Below, piece by piece: positions 39,012 through 48,065 of a stretch of DNA of 48,177 nucleotides. Under the pieces are notes generated by a model, which saw nothing but the letters and a program-made list of their open reading frames with translations, was not told the DNA's origin and did no database searches. Numbering within the stretch: the stretch's first letter is position 1; each line of letters starts with the position of its first letter. A program made the position numbers and the translations under genes. This DNA comes from Candidatus Fraserbacteria bacterium (GTDB taxonomy: Bacteria > Bipolaricaulota > Bipolaricaulia > RBG-16-55-9), in contig JBBIPG010000010.1 of assembly GCA_037442925.1 (NCBI GenBank), positions 1-48,177 on the forward strand, given 5' to 3'.

Positions 39012-39702
39012 GGTAAAGGGCCTGGATGTCTACTACGGAAAGGCCCAGGCGCTTCGCGGGGTATCTTTCGCGCTGGCGGAAGGAGAGTTCGTCTCTGTCA
39101 TTGGGCCGAACGGCGCGGGCAAGACAACTCTCTTCAACGCGATCTCCGGGCTGGTGCCCTACCGGGGAGAGATCCTCTTTGCTGCTCGGAGTCTGCCTCG
39201 TAAGCCGCATGAGATTGTGCAGTCCGGGCTCATTCACTGTCCGGAGGGGCGCAGTCTCTTTCCGTATCTGAGTGTTCTGGACAACTTGCAGCTGGGTGCC
39301 TATCGCCGGAGTGATCGGGAGATCACCAGTGATCTCAACGCTGTTTTCGAGCTTTTCCCTCGTCTTAAAGAGCGGCAGCGCCAACTGGTGCACACGCTCT
39401 CCGGTGGTGAGCAGCAGATGGTGGCCATCGGGCGGGCGCTCATGGGGCGGCCTCGACTGCTGCTCTTGGATGAGCCGACACTGGGCCTGGCTCCGATTGT
39501 GCGCACGCACATCTCGCAGGCTCTAGATGCGATGCAAGAGCGCTATCACATGACCATCTTGCTGGCCGAGCAGAATGCCGACTTTGCTTTCAAGCATTCC
39601 CAGCGCATTTATCTCTTAGAGACAGGTCAGATCGTGCGCGAGGGGACCGTGGAAGAACTCAAGCGGGATGATTACATTCGTCAGGCCTATCTGGGAAGCT
39701 AA
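38995..39702 (+). CDS. livF: HAAT ABC transporter ATP-binding protein (LivF-like)
   Basis: [44 protein letters not shown]. Confidence 0.93.
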   Translation: MMHLLEVKGLDVYYGKAQALRGVSFALAEGEFVSVIGPNGAGKTTLFNAISGLVPYRGEILFAARSLPRKPHEIVQSGLIHCPEGRSLFPYLSVLDNLQLGAYRRSDREITSDLNAVFELFPRLKERQRQLVHTLSGGEQQMVAIGRALMGRPRLLLLDEPTLGLAPIVRTHISQALDAMQERYHMTILLAEQNADFAFKHSQRIYLLETGQIVREGTVEELKRDDYIRQAYLGS

Positions 39703-39704
39703 TC

Positions 39705-40874
39705 TCAGCTTGTTGGTGGTTCCTTTCGATGTGTGGCCTTCTGGAAGCGGCTGCGTACTTCATCAATCACATGGTCCAGCAAGTGCGAGTCCTTGGCGTT
39801 TGGGTCCTCCCAGGCGAAGAGGCGCAACTGACCCGTCACAGGATACTCCAGATTGGAAACCCCAACGCCCACAAGTCGCACACCCTGCCGGGGCAGAGCG
39901 ACCTTGTGCTCCCAAAGAAGTCGCGCCGCTTCACGGATTACCCGTGTCGCATCCGTGGATTCCTTGAGAGTCACGCGGCGAGTGATGGTTCTGAAATCCG
40001 CAAAACGCACCTTGATCTGGACCGTTCGCGCCTTCAAGCCTTCTTCTCTCAGTTCCTGGGCAACTTCGTCAGCCAGTTCGAAGAGCACTTTGCGCAATTC
40101 ATTAAACTGATCAAGATCTTTCGCAAAGGTCGTCTCTCGACTGATGGATTTGACTTCGTGCTCTGAAGTGACGGGTCGCTCATCGATGCCACGCGCCAGC
40201 TCGAAGAGTTGAGCGCCCCATTTGCCGAATTTGTCGATCAATTCACTCCGCGGGATCTGCTGTAAATCTCCGATGGTGGAGATCCCCCGCGCACGAAGGC
40301 GCTCTTCTGTGGCAGGTCCAACTCCCCACAGACGCGAAACCGGCAGATTCTCCAGAAAGTCCACGATCTTTGATGGGTGAACCACCACAAACCCGTCGGG
40401 CTTGTTGAGATCGGAGGCGAGCTTGGCCAAGAACTTGTTGGGAGCGATCCCCACCGAACAGGTCAACTTCACTTCCTCGCGGATGCGACGTTTGATTTCG
40501 CGGGCAATCTGCTCTGCGCCCCCAAACAAACGCTCGCTGCCCGTCACGTCCAAGAAGGCCTCGTCGAGTGAGAGGGGCTCCACCAGAGGCGTGAATGCAT
40601 AGAGAATCTCGCGAATCTGGCGGGAGATTTCGGCATAGTAGCCCATCCGCCCGGGGATGAGAATCGCTCGCGGGCAGAGTCGAAGAGCTTGAGCCGTGGG
40701 CATCGCACTGTGGACTCCGAACTTTCGCGCCTCATAAGAGGCCGCTGCGACAACACCTCGCTCCTCAGGTCGGCCACCGACGATCACGGGCTTGCCCCGA
40801 AGCTCAGGCCGGTCACGCTGCTCCACGGAGGCAAAGAAGGCATCCATGTCTACGTGGATGATCTTTCGCTCCAT
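39705..40874 (-). CDS. dinB: DNA polymerase IV (Y family)
   Basis: IIHVDMDAFFASVEQRD, ASYEARKFGVHSAM, SLDEAFLD, NKFLAKLASD..KPDG, GVG. Confidence 0.96.
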   Translation of the reverse strand: MERKIIHVDMDAFFASVEQRDRPELRGKPVIVGGRPEERGVVAAASYEARKFGVHSAMPTAQALRLCPRAILIPGRMGYYAEISRQIREILYAFTPLVEPLSLDEAFLDVTGSERLFGGAEQIAREIKRRIREEVKLTCSVGIAPNKFLAKLASDLNKPDGFVVVHPSKIVDFLENLPVSRLWGVGPATEERLRARGISTIGDLQQIPRSELIDKFGKWGAQLFELARGIDERPVTSEHEVKSISRETTFAKDLDQFNELRKVLFELADEVAQELREEGLKARTVQIKVRFADFRTITRRVTLKESTDATRVIREAARLLWEHKVALPRQGVRLVGVGVSNLEYPVTGQLRLFAWEDPNAKDSHLLDHVIDEVRSRFQKATHRKEPPTS

Positions 40875-40983
40875 GACTAGTTGATTGTAACCAAAGGGAG
40901 GCTGCTGAGCCCTGGACAAAGGTCATGATGTACGCGGACCGGGGTCCTTCCCAAACGAGATGCTTTGACCCTAGGGTGCTGCT

Positions 40984-41814
40984 GTGTCGACTCCGATCTG
41001 GGCGAACGCCGGTGAGAGGGTAACTTCCGTCCCGTGGTCTTCGGGCGAACAGGAGCGACCTTGGTGCATCACGCCCTCGCGACTTCACCTCTTTGGCATC
41101 CCCCTGGATCGCCTTCTGCTTTCGCAGGCGATCGATCGCTTGGAGAGCTGGATTCAGGCAAGGTCAGACACCCGCCTCGTGCTGACCCCCGACACCACAG
41201 CCCTCATGCGCTCGCGCTGGGATAGCGTCTTGAAAGAAGCCTATCGAACGGCGGATCTCGTCACGGCGGATGGCACAGGTCTCGTCTGGGCCTCTTGGAT
41301 CTTAGGGGCACCTTTACCCGAAAGGGTGAGCGGAATCGATCTCCTGGAAGCCTTGTGGAACCGTGCTGCGGCCAAGGGGTATCGGTTGTTCTTCTTGGGG
41401 GCGAAACCGGGCGTAGCCGATGCTGCGGCGCAACAACTGAAAACGCGCTTCCCCTTGCTCAACATCGTCGGTGTTCACCACGGTTACTTTGATCGATCTC
41501 ACGAAGAGGCAATTGTCAACGCCATTTGTGATGCGGCTCCCGATCTGCTCTTGGTCGGGATGGGAGTGCCGCGGCAGGAGAGCTGGATCTTGCGGATGAA
41601 AGACCAGCTGAACGTGCCCGTGATTATCGGTGTTGGTGGCAGCTTCGATGTGCTCTCGGGACAGCTGCGGCGGGCACCGCGCACCTGGCAGACGTTGGGC
41701 ATAGAGTGGCTCTGGCGCGCTATACAAGAGCCCCAGCGATTCTGGCGAGTGAGGGTAATTCCCCTTTTCGTGATGAAGATCCTCTGTTACAGGCTGTGGC
41801 AGTTCTTTGCTTGA
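40984..41814 (+). CDS. WecB/TagA/CpsF-family glycosyltransferase
   Basis: ADLVTADG, ERVSGIDL, FFLGAKPG, HHGYF, VGMGVPRQE, GVGGSFDV, RAP, EWLWR; start uncertain. Confidence 0.92.
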   Translation: MSTPIWANAGERVTSVPWSSGEQERPWCITPSRLHLFGIPLDRLLLSQAIDRLESWIQARSDTRLVLTPDTTALMRSRWDSVLKEAYRTADLVTADGTGLVWASWILGAPLPERVSGIDLLEALWNRAAAKGYRLFFLGAKPGVADAAAQQLKTRFPLLNIVGVHHGYFDRSHEEAIVNAICDAAPDLLLVGMGVPRQESWILRMKDQLNVPVIIGVGGSFDVLSGQLRRAPRTWQTLGIEWLWRAIQEPQRFWRVRVIPLFVMKILCYRLWQFFA

Positions 41815-43547
41815 GCAGGTTCTAAGACGTCCACCACTTGCAGCTGCACTCTGGAGCGATTTCCCCAGTCGTCGCGGCTGAGCTTGCAGACGAGATCGAC
41901 GCGTCCGGCTTGATAGATCCTTGCGATATAGTCGCCGAGATCGAAGCCGATGGCCTCGAACTCCTGATCTCCAACGGTGAGCCGAAGCTTCAGATGTTTC
42001 CCATCGATTCCTACCGTTCGCGCTTCGCGGATCTCCACATCTCTCACGAGAAAACGGGGCTCGCGGTTTCCGACGCCGAAGGGACCTAGTCGTTGAATCT
42101 CTTCGTAGATCGGAAGAGCAATCTCGTGAGCAGCCAGTTCCGCATCCAGAGAGTGTACAGGGCCTTCCAAGAAGGCCAGCCGCTCGCGAGCATACGCTCC
42201 TAGCTCCTCTTTCATGCGGGGGATCCACTCGTTCTTAATGGAGAATCCCGCTGCCATCTGATGCCCGCCAAAGCGCTCAAAGAGATGACGGTGATGGGTC
42301 AAGCACTCAATGAGGTTGAACTCAGGAATGCTGCGGCCAGAGGCACGAGCGAACTGGGTGCCTCGCGCCAGCAGTATCGTAGGGAGATAATACTTGTCAA
42401 CGAGATCCGAAGCGACGAGCCCGATCACGCCGGGGTTCCAGTATTGCCCGGACAGGATGATGATCCTGTCTCGTTGCAGATCGACTTCTGTTCGGAGCAG
42501 TTCCTCGGCTTGGAAGCGCAGGTCGTCCTGGGCCACTTGACGATCATAGTTGTAGTCGAGCAGGGTGCTGGCAAGATACTCGGCTTGTTTTTCGTCGTCG
42601 GTGGTGAGCAGGAGGAAAGCCACCCAGGGGTCTCCGGCTCGATTGGCCGCATTGAGCTTGGGTACGACAATGTAGCTGACTTCGCCAGCGGTGAGTCTGC
42701 GGGGATCGAGCGACAGTTTCTCCAGGAGGACACGAAGTCCTATGCATCCACCCCCTCGGGCGAGCAGATCCAAGCCACTCTTAACCAGAAGGCGATTCTC
42801 TACCATGCCGTCGCGCACCAGTGGCACCAGGTCTCCTACGGTTCCGATCATCACAAGATCCAGATATTCGTGGCAGGCTTCCTGCGGTAGCTTCAAATGC
42901 TCCAAGAGCGCGGAGACCACTTGATAGATGACACCCACAGCCGCCAAATCCCCGTGGGGATAAGGGCAGTCAGTCTGACGAGGGTTGATGATGGCGTACG
43001 CCGGGGGTATCTGCTCCGGCGGCTCATGGTGATCGGTGATGATGACATCCACGCCGTGTTCTTGAAGAGTCTGCACGCACTCCACGTCGGAGATGCCACA
43101 ATCGGTGGTGATGAGCAGCGTGAAGCCTTCGCGGATGATGTGGCGAACGACCTCCGTGTTGAGTCCGTGGCCACGCTCCCGATCCTCGATTTCGACGTGG
43201 ACGCGCTTTGCTCCCAACCGTTTGAGAGCCCGATAGAGGAGAGCGGCGCTTGTCATGCCATCGACATCGAAATCCCCATGGATGAAGATCTCTTCGCCCT
43301 TCGATAGCGCGCCTGCGATGCGCACGAGTGCCTGTTCGATGCCTTGGAGTTGATAGGGAGAGCTGAGGTCTGCCAGATCATTTCGCAGCAGATCCCCAGC
43401 GTCAGATCCTTTGGCGCGTGCTGCCAAGACGCGTGCGAGAGCCGGGCTAACCCCCATCTCGCTCGTAATGTTTGTGATGTGATCGGGGGAGATGGAAGCG
43501 AGTTCCCAGCGCCTCTTGCTCTGAATCAGCGACCTCCCGGAAGGCAT
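41787..43547 (-). CDS. recJ: Single-stranded-DNA exonuclease RecJ
   Basis: GDFDVDG, TTDCG, ITDHH (DHH), GTVGDLVPL, PKLNAANR, ASGRS, FGGHQMAAG, LGPFGVGN.EP. Confidence 0.96.
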   Translation of the reverse strand: MPSGRSLIQSKRRWELASISPDHITNITSEMGVSPALARVLAARAKGSDAGDLLRNDLADLSSPYQLQGIEQALVRIAGALSKGEEIFIHGDFDVDGMTSAALLYRALKRLGAKRVHVEIEDRERGHGLNTEVVRHIIREGFTLLITTDCGISDVECVQTLQEHGVDVIITDHHEPPEQIPPAYAIINPRQTDCPYPHGDLAAVGVIYQVVSALLEHLKLPQEACHEYLDLVMIGTVGDLVPLVRDGMVENRLLVKSGLDLLARGGGCIGLRVLLEKLSLDPRRLTAGEVSYIVVPKLNAANRAGDPWVAFLLLTTDDEKQAEYLASTLLDYNYDRQVAQDDLRFQAEELLRTEVDLQRDRIIILSGQYWNPGVIGLVASDLVDKYYLPTILLARGTQFARASGRSIPEFNLIECLTHHRHLFERFGGHQMAAGFSIKNEWIPRMKEELGAYARERLAFLEGPVHSLDAELAAHEIALPIYEEIQRLGPFGVGNREPRFLVRDVEIREARTVGIDGKHLKLRLTVGDQEFEAIGFDLGDYIARIYQAGRVDLVCKLSRDDWGNRSRVQLQVVDVLEPAQAKNCHSL

Positions 43548-43569
43548 CTCACTCCCGAAATGCGTAGCT

Positions 43570-43833
43570 TTAGGTTGCTGGCGGGAGGCGCTTCACCAGG
43601 CGAGACTTGAGCCGAGCAGCCTTGTTGCGATGGATGACATGCCTCTGAGCTGCCTTGTCTACTGCCTTCATCAGTTGAGGAAGTAGCTCTTGAGTTTTCG
43701 TCTGATCTCCAGCAGCCATTGCCTTCTTCAACTGTTTCACGAGGCGGTGGAGCGCCTCTTTGCGCTTTACGTTGCGCTCATGACGCTTCAAGCTCTGCCT
43801 TAGATTCTTCTTGGCTGTCTTCGTGTTGGGAAT
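43570..43833 (-). CDS. rpsT: 30S ribosomal protein S20 (probable ATT start)
   Basis: PNTKTAKKNLRQSLKRHERN...VDKAAQRHVIHRNKAARLKSRL; 87 aa from ATT 43833. Confidence 0.95.
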   Translation of the reverse strand: MPNTKTAKKNLRQSLKRHERNVKRKEALHRLVKQLKKAMAAGDQTKTQELLPQLMKAVDKAAQRHVIHRNKAARLKSRLVKRLPPAT

Positions 43834-43868
43834 ACGAATCACCCTTCGATCGGTATAATAACTATACA

Positions 43869-43897
43869 ATCATAGCGAACGCGTCGTATAGATTCAA
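43869..43897 (-). promoter_or_regulatory. sigma70-type promoter for rpsT-recJ
   Basis: TTGAAT (43897-43892), 17 bp, TATGAT (43874-43869). Confidence 0.65.
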
Positions 43898-43976
43898 GAT
43901 GCGATGCTGAAACCCTTGTTTTGCAGGGAACGCTCTGCTACCCTTAGACACTTGATGAGAAGTGTGGTGAACACAG

Positions 43977-45161
43977 ATGGGCTGCAGTTGTAAAGTCGAG
44001 GAGGAAACGCGGGCACAGGCTCCACGGATGGATCGACTGGACATCGAGGCGGTCATCGAGAGAAACGCTCACATCCTCACGAGTGGGGCCCAAGCGAGGG
44101 AGCTTCGGTTCCCTCCATTACGAGAGGTCTTCCAAGGCGTGGAACTCGTCTCCACCTTTTCACATCTGAACCTGAACCTGCCTATTGACGAGGTCTACGG
44201 GAATTACGTGCTGCAACAGATGGCGCAGCGCGCGGGTTTGAAGGCCGGTCAGATACTCAATGTCGCGTACGATAACATCCATCCCGGCCACGATGCACCC
44301 AAGGGATACCGCGTGCAATACGTGATCGTCAACCCACGCGTTCTTGATCCGGAGCGCGTGATTCACTTGCAAGATGCCCTCAACTATGACCCAAATGCTG
44401 TCATCCGGGATGGCCAGAATCGCATTAAGAGCGCTCCTGAGCAGAAGATCGAAGAATTTCGAATGCGCTATGACGAGATCGACGCCATCTATCGCAAGCA
44501 CAGCGGTGCAGGGCGAGTCGCTGAGCGGATCATCGCCATACGACGTGATTTCTTGGTCTTGGCGGGTATCAAAGCCATCCCCGAGCAACCCTTCTCTCAG
44601 AGCCTCACGTGCCCTCTGGGTGATGTGCTGAAGTTCCTCTACCAGCAAGGTTACCCGTTCTGGGAGATGCCGGTGCCGGAACATCGCGATCGCTATGTGG
44701 AGTACACGTTCCTCGTCGAAGGTGTAGACGCGCATGGAAGCCGACAACCCGCTCGCTTTGAGGATGGACACTTCATCTTCCGCTACGATGAGCAGAGTGA
44801 AAAACGCATCTCGACGGAAAGAATCTTTGATGCGTTGTGCGATTTTGAGGTCGTGCCGACGATGCCTCTTGTCATCTTAGCTACAGCCACGGCTCCGCAG
44901 ATGCCACATCTGGGCGGCCGAGTCTGGAAGAACTATGCGCCCGTCCATGTGGATGCGCAAGCCGAATGGCTCGGCATCACTGAACGGAGCGATACCCTCA
45001 TCTTGAGTACCGAGGGCTACAAACCTCTCGTCACTTACCGACACAATCAAGAATTCACAGGCTTTCCGGCTGTCTATCTGACATATGGCCGCGAGATGAT
45101 TCAGAAAGCCCTTCGGGAGGGGCTTCAGCTGCGCGTCGAGTTCAAGCGGATCGTCTACTGA
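43977..45161 (+). CDS. Hypothetical protein (about 377-394 aa, no signal peptide), family not recognised
   Basis: Long ORF filling the gap between rpsT and the convergent gene, with protein-like composition; start may be 44028. Confidence 0.7.
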   Translation: MGCSCKVEEETRAQAPRMDRLDIEAVIERNAHILTSGAQARELRFPPLREVFQGVELVSTFSHLNLNLPIDEVYGNYVLQQMAQRAGLKAGQILNVAYDNIHPGHDAPKGYRVQYVIVNPRVLDPERVIHLQDALNYDPNAVIRDGQNRIKSAPEQKIEEFRMRYDEIDAIYRKHSGAGRVAERIIAIRRDFLVLAGIKAIPEQPFSQSLTCPLGDVLKFLYQQGYPFWEMPVPEHRDRYVEYTFLVEGVDAHGSRQPARFEDGHFIFRYDEQSEKRISTERIFDALCDFEVVPTMPLVILATATAPQMPHLGGRVWKNYAPVHVDAQAEWLGITERSDTLILSTEGYKPLVTYRHNQEFTGFPAVYLTYGREMIQKALREGLQLRVEFKRIVY

Positions 45162-45163
45162 GT

Positions 45164-46921
45164 TTATCGAAGAATGATCAGTTTCTTGACCTCGCTTGTC
45201 ATTGTCTCCCCATTGCCCCCCTGCACGGTGATCGCATAGAGATAGACCCCGTTGGCTAGGGGTTGGCCATGCTCATTCCTTATGTCCCACCTCAGCCGTC
45301 GCCCAGCAACTGTCTGAGCAAAGACTCGTTGCCCGTTCAGATTGAAGACCTCCACGCCCATAGAGGTGATGCCCTGGCCAGAAGCCACGAAGGTCAGAGT
45401 GTGCCTGGCGGAATCGCTCGCCAGAGTAACGGAATCGAGCTTCAATCTCTTGGGGTTCACCTGGGCGGAAGAGATTGGTTTCTGGAAGATCCAGAGATCG
45501 ATGGCTTTGAAGAACGTGGCGTTATCGATCAGGCCAGCCATCCAGTAATCGATGATGGCGAAGAACTCCTCGTTATCAATGAGATCGTTGTTGTTCACAT
45601 CGAAGCTCTTAAGCGAAGAGCCTCCACTTGGAGGGGGCTGGGTTCCAGGTGTGCCGCCGATTGCTGTAACAGGTCCGACACCACTTTGAGTGACTTCGAC
45701 TTGCTGGCCCGCTACGAGCGTTGTGGGAGGAAGATTCGAGTTCGTCGGTTCGATGCGCACCGTGCCCGAATGGACAGCGACAACGCTCGTTCCTGTATCG
45801 GGATCATACCCCACGCTGAAATCGTTTATGCCCTCGGACCGGACGGTGGTCGTCTCGGTCAGTATGCCCAAGAGGAGGAGGTTGTGCTGCGCTTTGAACC
45901 TGACTCTCCCTGCTGGCAGTCGCAAGTCTAGCAAAGCCAATCCAGCATTGGCGCTAGAGCTAACTGCCGCACTGGGCTGTTGTTGCTGTTGTTTTATACA
46001 GAAATCCGCTATTGAGTAATACAGCAACATTAGGTTTCTGTATTCAGGAGTGGGCTTCCCCTCTACATCAACCATAACTGCCATAAGCGCGATTTCGGAA
46101 AGGAGGTTTGCACACTTTACCGTTACTCGCACCGTCCCGCTAAGGGGGAGCTCGATGGTGGTTGTTTCCTCGCCATCCGCTAGAAGCTGATCCCGCCCGC
46201 CCGGCGGAGGAGTGCTGGCAGGCTTGGTAAATGTCGTGCTTGCGCTCCCAGTGCGGTTGTTGACTCTGTCTGTAACTGTAACGGTCACCGTGTGGCTCCC
46301 TGCAGCCAACTTGGATGGATCGTAACTGAGATCTGGGCTGCCTGTGTATATCACGACGCCATCCAGCTTCCATTCCCAGACGAGATCCGCATTGGACGGG
46401 ACACTCTCCAGCAGAGACGCGCTACATAGGAGCGAGACGACAACAGAACTGGGGCAGTAGACGCTGACCTGTAAGCCGCCGGGTGGGGGCGGAGGAGGAG
46501 GCGGTGGAGTTCCACCACTGACGCACTCAAAGCTGAATTCCCAGGGCGGCGCACTGCGGTTGCCTGCCTGGTCTTTGAGGATCACCCTGGCCTGTACTCG
46601 CCCCACCTGCGTGCATGAAAGCGGTGCGTTGATGCGTCCCTGTGTCCGACCCGGCACACGGGCGTCGAATTCTCCGTGTCCGGGCGGGCTTCCGTCAGGA
46701 TAGCGCACGTCTACGGTCACCCAAACGACATCTCCATCCGGGTCCACGAAGTCCACGGATAAAGTCCTTTCAGGGGGGGCACCAGCGACAACTTGCGGAG
46801 GCCAAGCCAACGAAATGATGCTCGGGGCTGTCTTCTGGCTGCGCCCGACGAACGACACGGTTACAACCATGAGGATCGCCAACACAATCGCCAACCCGCT
46901 AAGCTTGTGAACACTGTTCAT
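45164..46921 (-). CDS. Secreted multidomain protein: Ig/PKD-like domains, Pro linkers, FecR-like domain, EF-hand-like repeat, FlgD/T9SS-type C-terminal domain
   Basis: AAGGAGGAGG SD; signal peptide; FVDPDGDV; WEWKLDG...GSHTVTVTVTD; LPAGRVRF...VAVHSGTVRI; FDVNNNDLIDNEEF; EVFNLNGQRV...W......GQPLANGVYLY...KKLIILR. Confidence 0.8.
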   Translation of the reverse strand: MNSVHKLSGLAIVLAILMVVTVSFVGRSQKTAPSIISLAWPPQVVAGAPPERTLSVDFVDPDGDVVWVTVDVRYPDGSPPGHGEFDARVPGRTQGRINAPLSCTQVGRVQARVILKDQAGNRSAPPWEFSFECVSGGTPPPPPPPPPGGLQVSVYCPSSVVVSLLCSASLLESVPSNADLVWEWKLDGVVIYTGSPDLSYDPSKLAAGSHTVTVTVTDRVNNRTGSASTTFTKPASTPPPGGRDQLLADGEETTTIELPLSGTVRVTVKCANLLSEIALMAVMVDVEGKPTPEYRNLMLLYYSIADFCIKQQQQQPSAAVSSSANAGLALLDLRLPAGRVRFKAQHNLLLLGILTETTTVRSEGINDFSVGYDPDTGTSVVAVHSGTVRIEPTNSNLPPTTLVAGQQVEVTQSGVGPVTAIGGTPGTQPPPSGGSSLKSFDVNNNDLIDNEEFFAIIDYWMAGLIDNATFFKAIDLWIFQKPISSAQVNPKRLKLDSVTLASDSARHTLTFVASGQGITSMGVEVFNLNGQRVFAQTVAGRRLRWDIRNEHGQPLANGVYLYAITVQGGNGETMTSEVKKLIILR

Positions 46922-47130
46922 GGTTCCTCCTCCTTCTTGGCATCTGCTGAGACAAAGTATGGTGCCAACTTGGCTAGAGTGTCCAGCAAACTCGCTACGT
47001 CTTGAAAATACGCCTTCTCGCCACTCCCGACACGCTCGATCTGCCCACGCCAGTGGGGCTTGCCCTGTCGAGGCTCCACCCACAGGCGCACCACGAATGA
47101 GATCGTCTGACGCTCGAAGGACTTTGACAT
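46918..47130 (-). CDS. Small hypothetical protein (70 aa, SFVVRLW...WRGQIE.V.SGE..YF)
   Basis: ATG 47130 preceded by GGGGGTAGGA; stop overlaps the next start (ATGA); lies directly after the repeat-containing promoter. Confidence 0.7.
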   Translation of the reverse strand: MSKSFERQTISFVVRLWVEPRQGKPHWRGQIERVGSGEKAYFQDVASLLDTLAKLAPYFVSADAKKEEEP

Positions 47131-47166
47131 TCCTACCCCCAAAGAACGGCTAACTGCCCACTGAGA

Positions 47167-47200
47167 AAAGTATAGCGACGGGATGTTGATTTTTTGTTGA
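47167..47200 (-). promoter_or_regulatory. Second SARP-type promoter: TCAACA direct repeat at 11-bp period before TATACTTT
   Basis: Minus strand: TCAACA (47200-47195) and TCAACA (47189-47184); ACAT ends 8 bp before TATACT (47174-47169), the same geometry as 25521-25555. Confidence 0.65.
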
Positions 47201-47233
47201 ATGCCGGATTGGTCGTTCAGGAGCGGCAAAAGC

Positions 47234-48065
47234 TCATAGGGTGGGAGCGTCCAACGGCCACAAAATGCCTAATATCTCTCCCATGATCTCTTCGAGTTTT
47301 CTTGATTTCCCTCTTTCGCGAGCCGCTGCAAGGACATCAAGAGGAAGTTCGGACTCCAGATCGGAGAGCAAGCGCGCCGCTCTGCCTTGAGTTTCCTTCA
47401 TGCTTGCTGGATGGTGGAGGGCAAGGGCCGCCAGTTCTACAGCCCGTTCTTTTTGGGCTTCTTGCTTCAGGAGAGCGGCTATCCCGGCCAGAGCATTTAA
47501 AGCCACAGGAGCGGCTCGGGTCTCCAGGGCAGTCTTCAAGCTTTGACGAAAGCATCTCTTGGCGTCTTGAAATTCTCGCAACGCACAGCTCACATCTCCC
47601 AGACCGCTCAAAGAGTAGGCTATTCCCAATCGGTGGTTGATCTCTGTGCAAATCGCGAGACTTTCTTGATAATGTCGCTTCGCCTTCGCATAGTTCCCCA
47701 ACGCTTCCGCCACAGATCCCAGACCGCGCAGAGCATGGCTCACTTGCCCCCGATCGCCGATCTCTTTGGCAATCGTGAGTCCTTCCTCAAGCAATTGCTT
47801 CGCCTTTGCATGCTCGCCAAGCGCCCTGGCAACAAACCCCAAATTATTGAGGGAGGCGGCTATTCCCCAGCGGGAACCGATCTCTCGGCGAATAGTGAGG
47901 CTCTCTTGATAGAGCCGCTTGGCCTTCTGATACTCTCCCAGGGCACGTTCAGCATGCCCCAGATAATCGAGGACGAGACTCTTTCTGTATCGGTCGCCGA
48001 TCTCTTTGAGAAGGGCCAGACCTTCCTCACAGAGTTGTCTGACCTCCTCATACTCTCCGAGACTA
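47234..48065 (-). pseudogene. 3' part of a large TPR-repeat protein (probably a STAND-TPR regulator), cut off by an IS
   Basis: Regular ~40-aa TPRs (LG......GEY..AK..YQESL.I..EIG.R.GI); C-terminal ERAVELAAL...HPAS...AAARERG; the ORF-track 'MLEAL' start lies within the IS end. Confidence 0.8.

Noticed and set aside
46480..46510. GGA/GGC-rich short repeat, and a TGT/TGC repeat near 45980
   Set aside because: These encode poly-Pro and poly-Gln linkers in the secreted protein; triplet, imperfect and not phase-variation tracts or CRISPR repeats.
5360..47229. Longest-ORF starts from the track (6541, 6676, 13460, 16015, 18512, 28410, 33564, 36851, 38908, 40919, 43869, 47083, 47229)
   Set aside because: The extensions overlap promoters, terminators or neighbouring genes; downstream starts match SD position or family N-termini.
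2300..47651. Many 60-330 aa ORFs antisense to or overlapping well-supported genes (e.g. 27256-28260, 41314-42228, 36401-37021, 45263-45931)
   Set aside because: Shadow ORFs typical of GC-rich coding DNA, with no recognisable motifs.
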